Source: Catajapyx aquilonaris
Taxonomy: Eukaryota
Assembly (NCBI GenBank): GCA_000934665.2
Contig: JYFJ02004377.1
Span: 1-32,571 of the forward strand
Reading direction: 5' to 3'
DNA: 32,571 bases
The position numbers and the translations under genes are program-made. This document shows positions 1 to 10,000 of the stretch, piece by piece; within the stretch, counting starts at the first letter, position 1; every line of letters begins with the position of its first letter. Below the pieces are notes generated by a model. That model saw nothing but the letters and a program-made list of their open reading frames with translations, was not told the DNA's origin and did not search any database.

Positions 1-396
1 TCAAAGCTAGGTCCCCAGCTTATCAACCCAGTGCTGAACCTGATACTACCGGTGAAGGTACCACCCGAGGAAAAGACGAAAAGAAAACCCGCGGTGACTC
101 CTGAAAGGTCCCTACAACGACGTCAGGCAGCAAAGAAGAGGAGAGAAACACCACCAGCCATCACCACGATAGATTCTGACATAACAGAAGTAATGGCTGA
201 TTTCGACAGAGTGTGGATGGACATACTCATACCGGACCCCCCCAGTGTCCCCTGGAGGGGCAGTCAGTCCTGAGCTCCTGATCAAGGCAGTGGCAGCTTC
301 AGGACAGGCTCCCTCTCGGGTCTGGGGTGGAACCTCACCTACCGTCTATTATTATTGGGAGAAGCTTCCTTTACAGAGATCACAACCAGGCATACA

Positions 397-558
397 CACA
401 CGCCTTCAGCGGCGGTCGTACACCAAGCCTAACCCCCGTACCTAGTGCGGCTGGTATGCACACGTCTTCAGCGGCGGTCGTACACCAAGCCTACCCCGTA
501 CCTAATGCGGCTGGTATGCACACGCCTTCAGCGGCGGTCGTACACTAAGCCTAACCCG
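397..558. repeat. Tandem repeat, 60-62 bp unit, about 2.6 copies
   Basis: Unit cacacg(c/t)cttcagcggcggtcgtacac(c/t)aagccta... starts at 397, 459 and 519. Confidence 0.9.
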
Positions 559-689
559 GCAAGCTAAAGGAATTATGGCCACACAGTGTTCCCACCTTTT
601 CCCCGCAGACCACGGGCGGGAACCCGAACTTGGGCAACAGGAAAGTAACGCAGGAAGTTCCCTCATCAGGTCAAATTTCCAAACTAGAT

Positions 690-933
690 CAATTGCGGCG
701 TTACACCTATCTGACCAAACCCACGCTTCCCTACCATACATAAGTGAAGGAACAATAACGTGAGAATAGACAGACAACCTACAGGCAGAAGATAAGTCCT
801 TATCTCTAGAAAACTTACTTGTGGCACCTATCACTTTCAACCCAGAACTAACTCTCCTGTCTATTTCCCCATCAATTCTACCATTAATCTCAAGGACACT
901 ACCCAGGTATACAAACCATCTTTTGTCATCCAT
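690..933 (-). mobile_element. RTE-clade non-LTR retrotransposon fragment (end of RT domain)
   Basis: Translation FVYLGSVL...EIDRRV...RLSVYSHVIVPSLMYGREAW matches the YLG / EI..RI / Y....P.L.YG.E.W motifs of RTE ORF2; truncated on both sides. Confidence 0.85.
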
Positions 934-1157
934 TTGTCATCGAGACGAATGAGGCAGTGCAAGAAGCTGTCCTGGCGTGACTGAGGAGGGGGGAACCCTC
1001 ATTCTATGCTGCTGGTATATAAGCACTTATACATCACTGGGGAAAATGTTGTGCTGTTGCTGGGGACTATGCCGCGAAATGACCAAGGTTTGACATCTGT
1101 GTCACTTGTGTGTGATTTGTTAAAAATTAAAGTCCGGGAATGACTTGAACACCCCTC

Positions 1158-1159
<2 letters not shown>

Positions 1160-1219
<60 letters not shown>
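1160..1219. repeat. (AAT)20 microsatellite
   Basis: Perfect 60-nt AAT run; possibly the tail of a non-LTR element. Confidence 0.97.
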
Positions 1220-1591
1220 CCGGGTAGTGCTTGGCATCTGGAGCTCCGTCGCATTGCTGGACTGCTGCACCACGGCTTCGAATTTTCGCTGGAGGGCTTC
1301 TTGTCTTCTCAGTCCATCTCTGTTCCAGGATGGTTAGGGCCGCATCCAGTTTGGTAGCAATCTTGTTTTTAAGACTGTCTCCATGTTGTTCAGCATCTTT
1401 TGGATCGCCTCCATAGTGATGATAGAATCACTCATGTGCCGTTGAGGGAGCAATAAACCCAAAAAAAACAAAAAAACATCTAGTTCTGCTGAAGAACGAA
1501 GGACATCAGTATTGCGGTCAGAGGGGATGTCCTTCCCAATAATAGAATTGTCAAACTGCTAGGTAGATATATGAGTCATACAAGAACCTAA

Positions 1592-1961
1592 TCATACACT
1601 TTTGAGAAATACTCCTTCACTCCAAAACTGTACAAGAGAAATAATACTGAATAATAGTATAGTAATTCCTTCAAAGGCACTTGACCGTGTACACTTAAAT
1701 GAGGCAATGATCAAGAAGGTAAGTGACAATAGCAATCCAGCACAGTCAAACTGAAAATAGTGAAACTTATCAATCCTTGACCACAAATCCAGAGGAACGC
1801 TCAGTTGAATTTTTCCGCAGACCCGAAAAAATTTCGGGAGTGGTTCTGCCCCAGAGATGGTCAGCAACAGTCTCACGCACATAAAACCCCAGCTTCACCC
1901 CATTATATATCAAAAATAATACATTATATTCACCGGAAGCAATGCGACTCATATAACTCAT
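1592..1961 (-). pseudogene. Possible decayed C-terminal fragment of a divergent ionotropic receptor (S2 lobe plus last TM helix)
   Basis: Two frameshifted ORFs give ...RIASGEYNVLF...GLRKNS..RSSGFVVK then FHYFQFDCAGLLLSLTFLII, resembling the IR pattern L(R/K)KNS / G...W / F...GL.LS...F; weak and would need internal deletions. Confidence 0.25.
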
Positions 1962-2568
1962 AATATGTATTATCAGTAGAATCCGGATTTTTAGGCAAAT
2001 CCCTATTTAGTTCCTTAACAGTTGGAATCATTTTGTGAAGAGACCTATCCGTTTCATAAGTGCAGGATGTGGAAAATGTAGGTTTTGCAGTGCCTAAAAT
2101 GGCATATTTCGTGGTTTTGGGAACTATTTTGCCTATTCAGCAGGCTTTTCGCGACTTTTCATGCCTATTTGGCCTTTTTTGGGGGGTACTTTTTTAAACT
2201 TTTTGCAGTAATTTCGGGACTTTTTGGGCCTATTCCTTCAGAGGCATGTTTGGTTTTGTTTTAGGTGTATTTTTTGTGCTCTTGAAAGGACCAAAATCGT
2301 TCAGAAGTAACACGAATCATGTTCCCGTGACACGCATGCCAAATATTTTTTTTAAATTTTCCTCTGATTGAAAAAATATTTGGCAAGACATTGTGCAAGT
2401 CTGGTGCAAGTGGAAACTTTCTATAAGCGGTAGAGTCCAGAGCAAGTGATACTTGCTTGCACTTTGTGTCTTTTGCCCAAGTTTTGTGATTTTCTGACAG
2501 ATTCTGTCAGTTTCACAATCAGTTGGCCTCATTTTGCTCACATTTGCGGAACATAATCAAAACTAGAA

Positions 2569-2862
2569 GGGAGGCGAAGTGGCGCTGCGGTAACGTATGC
2601 GCACACGGATGTTAAGGTCCCGGGTTCGATCCCACCCCGGGGTTCCTGCCTTCATCTCGTGCAGAGTTGGGCCATCTCTGGCTTCGTCTCGGGTCTCCGA
2701 TACACTAATCCACCCGGGGGAGTTCATAAAACGACTAAGCAACGACATTGCACTTGCACTTTGCACATCCCCTCCTAGTCACCCTGCCCTTGGACCAGGG
2801 CGCTTAGCCAAAAGTTCCTCCCAAAAGGGCCAAAGATGGCCCAACGGGGTAATGAAAAAAAA
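2569..2862 (+). mobile_element. tRNA-derived SINE
   Basis: A-box-like tggcgctgcgg (2580-2590), B box ggttcgatcc (about 2623-2632), A-tail from 2855, 14-bp target-site duplication aatcaaaa(c/t)tagaa at 2555-2568 and 2863-2876. Confidence 0.88.
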
Positions 2863-3274
2863 AATCAAAATTAGAAAAGTTTTGTCAAATTGTACAATAT
2901 ATTGTCCATCATTCAGATATTAATAAATTTATTCACCCACAGATATGGACTGCTATATGCTGGTGGATGATGATGTGTCACTACCAGCCTGGAAGGACCA
3001 CTACAGGATGAGAAAGGATGACCAAGTGGACTGGAAGTTCCTGCAGGTGTCAGGCGCTGATTGAGCAGGCAATGGTAAGTCGTGGCATAATCATGCATAG
3101 AATAATGTGCAAAAAAGTGTGAAGCGACATGGTGCGCCGTTAATAAAGATGTTTAAGGGCTCATTTGGATCCTTCCCATTCTACTGCATAAAACACATAT
3201 TTATTCAATTTTTTCAGCCCAATATTCTAGTTCTAGGAACCTGTTGTATGAACATGAGTTTAGGTTAACTAAAC

Positions 3275-3387
3275 GGGTAGAATTTTCGTACCGCTGCACT
3301 GCTAGTTACTGCTATCTTAGCAATGCTAATGTTGGCAATGGTACTGCTATGTTAGCATTAACTAGCAGTGGGACGAAAATTCAACCC
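3275..3387. mobile_element. MITE with about 30-bp imperfect TIRs
   Basis: gggtagaattttcgtacc..cactgctagtta ... taactagcagtgggacgaaaattcaaccc, followed by TTA. Confidence 0.7.
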
Positions 3388-3751
3388 TTAGTCTCCATGT
3401 GCCAGAGGCTCGTGGCGCCACTAGTAGGCCAGCATTAATGTTCGTCAGCACTGAACATTTTGAATGACACAATTATCGCATTCTCAGAGAGAACTGTTTG
3501 AAAGAAACGTCGCCCAATAAGGGGTAACGCAATCTTCTCAAAATCCTCAATGCCCTCAATATCCCAAAGTGTCACTGGTAGTTCCGCATTTCATGTCTTC
3601 ACAAAGATTGTTTATTATTTAAAGTGTCTGACCGCTGAACAAAAACAGAAAAAATGGGTTCCAGCTCTCTCATACAATGCAAGTTTTCTTCTTACATTAC
3701 CGCTACACAGCAAACCAGATGGTAAGACTAAATCTAGTCCGAGGGCAGCAG

Positions 3752-5747
3752 TCAGCCAATGAGCTGCACTGTTCCGGAAAGGCACCACACAAGGGGAAGG
3801 ACCACCCACAACAAACAGGCGCAGTTAATCCGCCCTGAACTCCTGTAGGTGATGCTCTTGTAATCCCTTTGGGCCACAGGCTTCCTGTGGGCGATGTTGA
3901 TCTTCTGGTTCTCTTTCCACCAGTTATTTAACTTCCACACTCCGTGAATCTGTGGAGCAAAACCACTTTTGAGATGCAGCCAAAATTCTCCAGAACAATA
4001 AGGCCATCACCAACCTGCCACTCTGATATAGGCACCAGGTCTTCCATTACTATCACCCACTGAACCTGGTTGCACGGGTAGTAAGTCTCTGATCCTTTGT
4101 AGATCCAGAACCTGTCCAGGTTTTTTGGCAGAAGGCTCCTCAGATTACTTATTTCGATGGGTGTTGACTGTTTTTTGGTCAGTTCTTCAATCCCCTCCGC
4201 AATTGATACGTACGCCGGGTTGTCATACAATGATATCTGCAAGCATAACATTGTTTCACTTTAATCGGAACTATGAAAAGTACAGTATGTGCAACAGTCC
4301 TTTTCCAGAATTAACATTAGGTGTGTTTCTACAGGATATTTTATATTTCATGGGATTTTTAAACCTGCAATCATGGTGTATTGTTGTATCACTTCTAAGA
4401 GTACCTTGTACAATAACCTCAGGAGAACAAGATCTTTATTTTTCCGGGCTGCCTCGTACGAAATTTTTCCTTGTTTTATGGAGTTATCCTTGTGCACAAA
4501 CACCCAATTTGACTCCATGGCATACCTGCAACACGTAAAACCTTATTTAACACCACCACACATGCACTTGAAAGACATTCTTTAGAAGCACAAACACAAT
4601 CCGTTGTCCCATACCAGTACAATGTTACACATTTTTCCATAATCCATATAATTATAGCAATAAGACTCAATTCACAATCAGGTGCAAATTAAATTAAATT
4701 GCTTACTGGTTGTAATTAATCGTGTGCTCGCTTCCGTTGGTGTAATTCATGCCCCAGTGAAATGATATGCCATACAGCCAGTATGAAGCATCACCTTGCA
4801 TTAACGCGCCAGATATGGTTGGCGCATTTTCCGGAAGCTTCTGAAAGTTCTCGTCCACATACAGCATGACTGTAAATGCAAACATAAGACAATAGACACA
4901 ACAAATTAGCCTGTAATTAGTTGAAAATGACCAATAATTCCATAGCGTCTCCTCAATTTTATCCCTTAATTCCTGTGTGAATTATTAATGCTCCTTTTGC
5001 TCTTCCCTAAGCTCATCAAGAGTGTAAATGCATAGCTTACTTGTGTATCCTATATGATTAAGCTTTGTTTGATTGCCCAGCTCTTGATCAAAGTTCTTAA
5101 ATAGCAATGGCGGAACTCTTTCCGGTTTGTAAGCTTGATGAGTGTTTATGTTTATCGGACTTTGGGTCTGGACGTTTTCCTTGCAATTACCTTCCCAGTG
5201 TTGTGGACCTGTAATAAAATATCTTTGCATTAATACTAGTCAAACCCAGTGCCAAAACCTTAGAAAATTTATAATAATCAGTATTGGCTGTATGTTGGTC
5301 CAGTGCGAGTCATCACCTCAACTCATCCAGGTTCATGTAGTACCAGCAGATGGCGCATCATCCCTCTCGCAACATTCCTTCCACTGCCAGGGTCATGCGA
5401 GGGGTAGTGGTACTACGTGAACTTGGCCAAGTTGAGCTGATGACTCAGCCCAGACAAACAAATGAACAGACAACCCGTGCACTAGTCGCATGTTTGTCAA
5501 CACGACACCAGTTAGGTGCACTTACCCTCAGTTTCGCTTTCGTAGTCATAATGGCGATCTCCAGCACTATCTAGATTATGGAAATACAGTAGACAAATGT
5601 CATCAGTAAGCCGAATAATTGTACACATTGCGATTTTAATGTAATAACGATGGGATAGTAATGAACATTACGGGGTTGTCGGATAGGAGGAACGTTGTCA
5701 GCAACGGCAGGAACTATCATGAAAACTATGATCCAGTAAGGCAGCAT
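3752..5747 (-). CDS. Alpha-carbonic anhydrase-related protein, copy A (330 aa; signal peptide, GPI-like C-terminus; predicted non-catalytic)
   Basis: Exons 5747-5672, 5570-5526, 5208-5041, 4869-4707, 4525-4405, 4236-4015, 3949-3752, all GT-AG and in frame (993 nt). Motifs YDY..GPQHW..C, QSPINI, SFHWG, GSEH, YAME, LLP, YKGSETYYPC; N-terminus MLPYWIIVFMIVPAVA; minus-strand AATAAA near 3611-3616. Confidence 0.9.
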
Positions 5748-5904
5748 CTTCACTGCTTCAAGACCTGTAGATCTCATGACCAAAGGCGGCTGCACTGTCT
5801 CCAATATAATTCTCTTCTAAAGAACAGGTCATGTTGGATCACATCTTTGATGACATGGGGACAGGGATGTATTCAGCGGGACCAATTAGGAATTTGTGTT
5901 GTGC

Positions 5905-6100
5905 AAAATTGCCGAAAATTCTGCTCACCGTTGCAGTGAGGACGACGATTCTCGCACTTTTCCGAACCAACTAGAAGCTTTATTGGCCTGACATGTCCGA
6001 AACTCAGGAATGTCACACTAGAACTGTTGATTTATATGTGACCTGGCAACGACTGGGGCGGGCCCATCCAATTGTTGTTTGGGACTGTGTTGACCATTCT
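5905..6100. promoter_or_regulatory. Conserved upstream module of CA-like copy A (X-box-like and forkhead-like sites)
   Basis: Homologous to about 11935-12145 and 12412-12630; GTGACC-T-GGCAAC at 6038-6050; tgttgat and tgttgac sites. Confidence 0.5.
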
Positions 6101-6102
6101 GA

Positions 6103-6258
6103 GGCCAGGTTGCACCGCCTCCCGGAAAATTTATCCGGCCGAAAAAGAGCCAGGATAGTTTGCCAGTAATAGTTGTCAACAATGCAGTCAACAATGAATA
6201 ACGAACTATATCCTGGCTCTTTTTAGGCCGGATAAATTTTCCGGGAGCCGGTCTGGCC
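6103..6258. mobile_element. MITE (Tourist/PIF-Harbinger-like)
   Basis: 39-bp near-perfect inverted repeats at 6119-6157 and 6209-6247; termini ggccag...ctggcc flanked by TGA and TTA. Confidence 0.8.
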
Positions 6259-7006
6259 TTAGTGTAATAATACTGTATAATATCTCATCCTTACCAATTC
6301 ATTTTCCACCAGGGGTCAAGGGTCAATGCTGACAGAGTCCAGCCGTGACTAGTCGGGGACCAGAGTGCCACGTCCAGCTGCATCCAAGGGGAAGCGGCAG
6401 TGCTGACCCTACTTTGGAAGACGACATTTCATGATGCTATGTCACCACCAGCATGGAATATGATCTTCACTAGAGGAAGGATGACCGAGTGGACTGGAAG
6501 TTCCTGTAGGTGCCAGGCGCCACGCCGCGCATGTTGAACGAGCAATGGTAAGTCGCAGACCTTCCTAAAATTCTCTTGAAACTTCCACGCCTTTATTTTT
6601 AGACATTTCAAGTCATTTTTAAATGTAGAAAATAACAGTGCCCAATTTCACTTATGGGAAGGTTGATTCTTTTTTCCCTAAAATAAATTGTTATTAAGAA
6701 TTGATTTGCAGAAAGACCAGAGCTACACTTCAGACTCGTTGGTGTTAGGGCATGTTGCACCAGCGCAAGATCCAGGCTCAGGTACAGTTCTGCCATTGCT
6801 ATTAATGGCCACTGCCCTAAATCATTCCAAAACCGACACTTTTGGAATGATTCCGTGTCTTCTCATAGCGAGACTATATGTGATCTAGTTGTTTATTAGT
6901 GTTTGACCGCTGAACAAAAAACGAATGGGTATACCAGCTCATGTACAATGCAAGTTTTCTCCTTACATCACCAATATGGTTCTACACAGCAAAACAAACG
7001 GTGGCC

Positions 7007-10000
7007 CTAAATCTTGTCCCAGGGCATAAGTGAGTCGATGAACTGCAATGCTCCAGAATGAAACCAGATTAAGGGCAGGACCACCCACAACAAACAGGCG
7101 CAATTCATCTGCCCTGAACTCCTGTAGGTGATGCTCTGGTAATTGGTTCTTCCCACAGGCTTCCTGTGGGTGATGTTGATCATCTGGTTTTCAAACCACC
7201 AGTTATTCAACTGCCACACTCCGTGAATCTGGGGAACAAAAACTCTTTGAGGTGCAGCCAAAATACTCCAGAGCGAGGCCATCACCAACCTGCCACTCTG
7301 ATATGGGCACGGTGTCTTCCATTACTATCACCCACTGTTTCGGAAAGCACGGTGGGTAAGTCTCGGATCCTTTGTAGATCCAAAACCTCTCCAGGTTTTC
7401 TGGCAGGAGCTTCTGCAGACTACGTATAACGATGAATGTTTCATCATATTCTTTTTTCAGCTGGCCAATCCCCTTCACAATTGCTCTGTACGCTGGGTTG
7501 TCAGACAACGATATCTGGAAGCGTAACATAGTAGTCTCACCTTCATGCACTTTGAATCAGAACTTTAAAAAGTACAAAATGTGCAATAGTCCTCTTCCAG
7601 AATGGGGTCCTACCCTACATCTTGCAAACACATGTAAAAAAAATAATAAAATCGTCCGTATTTTGAAGTGAATAACTTTGGTGCTTTTTGTTCGAAAAAA
7701 AAAATGGAGAAAGGGGAGAGGGATGGCTGGAGGATAATTCCAGTTAAGTTCAAAAAAAATAATTCAGAATGTCTTACCTAATTTTTCTATGAAAATTGGG
7801 AGTGAAGTAACTTTTACATCACAATAGGAGTGGAACGCGAATTTTTGTTATCCCGTACTATATCAAGATTATATCTCAGGAACTACTAGCTCTACAGAAT
7901 TGACTATTGTTACTCGAGAGGAGCTTGACCCGAATAAATTACGCAAAGGAGGCACGCTCTGGCTAATCAAACTGTACGTGTCGAATGGCTGGTTACCAAA
8001 CGCTTACGTATAATGCATGCCAAAGCAAAGTCCGCAATGCTCAGCAATCAAGGAGTATAAAAGATGAACCGGACTAAGCACAGGTATCTTCTTCGCCTCA
8101 TCGCTAGCCGCAAATGCCTCAACACTACTACCCGTCGATTAACAGGTGAATATGAATTGGTTATTATAACTGTAATTACTTTGTAAATATCATTAACAGT
8201 AAATGAAACCACCTATACTAGTGTATATTTCGCTGTACCCCTGGAACATGCTGTAAAAATGTAAAAGGACCTTAGTAACCGAAGATCTAATATAACACTA
8301 TCTCAACAATATTATGTCAATCACTAGAGAGTAGTTACAGGGTGTTCACAAAACGCCTGCAAATGGTTTCATATATCAAAGTCGATGCATTTGCTTGGGG
8401 GCCAAAACTTTGACCTCTGACCCAGCTTCTCAAACAACATCATAACTTGTCTTTGTAAATTTTGACCCCAAGCAAATGCATCGAATTTGATTAAGTCATT
8501 CCGACTCGGTCCACCAAATGCCTTAAAATGCTTTCAGGAAATGTGTAAAGCCCAATTTTAAAACTACTATTGTGATGAAGTTACTCCAAGCTTATTTGAA
8601 AGCAAATAAATGATGAGTGGTGACATTCTTATTTTTTAGTTGCTGTTGTTGAACTGGACTTTTAAACCATGGATAATTTATCGAGGAATGACATTTTGGG
8701 GCTGAAAACAGTGAACAGTGCTGGAATGTGTGTATTGCGATGTATTGTTGCATCACTAACAGTAGGCTTACCTTGTACAATATCCTGAGGAGAACAAGTT
8801 GCCCGTTATATGCTGAGTCGGAATACGCATTTTCCCGAAAGGGGTAGCCTATGCTGCTGGGCAGAAACACCCAGTTTGTCTCCATGGCATACCTGTAACA
8901 AGTAAACCAGCTTGTCCCTTACATTTTAAGACACGTGACTCCAAAATTCGTTACATTTCGCCTGGATCAGGGAGCAAAAGCTGCACAAGAAAACAGACTC
9001 GCCGGCCAAAGTTGCTAAAACTAAGAGGACCCCGATGCTGCACTTGGAACACATTCCATTAAATATTTGGGAATGAAACGGTTTAAATTGAAGCAGTGAG
9101 AACCAGAAGTTGATAAGTCCATTTTTGCCATTTTCCAGGAGAGCAGTTTGAAAGTTTCAAATAATGTTTGACGTACCTTTCGTCGACATTAGAGTCTCGG
9201 TAATTTTTCTGGGATATCAGTACTACCGGTATTTTAAGTTAATGTAATGTAAATATGGAGTATCTAGTGCATACACTGCAGGAGTAAAAAAAAAAAAAAA
9301 ATCCGTCTTGTAATTAGCAACTTCTGGCTTGTAAACATTTGTATTTTAAATTTGAACCACTTAAATGAGGAAATGCAGGGAAATAATATCTCCTAAATTA
9401 ATTTTAGTCCCTTTATTAGGCCTGAATGTGATGACAATAATTCTAAATACATTTTTTATGAAGGCCCTTTTTGGACTTTTCAACATCTGGCACGAATTTT
9501 CTCTTCTGTGCTGCTAAGGGTATCCCGGGTCTGAAAAGGGGACTAGTAATCATCTGGCAGGGATAAAGCATTTTTCTGTGAAAATATGCCTGATACGTAG
9601 AGGCCTAGAATTTTCCCTTGTCTCAAAATCGCCAAAAATGGACTTATCAACTTCTGGTTCACACTGCTTCAATTGCTAATTTGCTTACTGATTGTGATCA
9701 ATCCTGTGCTCGCTGCCATTGGTGTAATTCCTGCCCCAGTGAAAAGTTATGCCATACAGGTAGTACTTATCTTCAGGTTTCATTAAAGCGCCAGATATGG
9801 TTGGTGGATTTTTCGTAGATGTACCGTTGATGAATATCTCAACTGTGAATGCAAACAAAACACAAAACAATAAGACACATTTTCGTAGTAGGATAAGGAA
9901 GGGACGAAGATCATTTCGATTCTTCCGTAATATCCTCTGTGTTTCTCTGCCTAGAGTGACGGGATCAAACTGATTGATTAGTCCTTGTCAGAACTGACTT

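Noticed and set aside
397..558. CRISPR-like repeat
   Set aside because: The intervening sequences are also repeated (no unique spacers), the context is eukaryotic and there are no cas genes
1145..1357. Poly-asparagine ORF
   Set aside because: Artefact of the (AAT)20 microsatellite
1221..1420. Frameshifted minus-strand coiled-coil-like peptide (possible gag/ORF1 remnant)
   Set aside because: No diagnostic motif; cannot be supported without a search
1498..1535. Hairpin gaaggacatc...gatgtccttc with faint resemblance to an 18S rRNA segment
   Set aside because: Match is too short and the flanks are not rRNA-like
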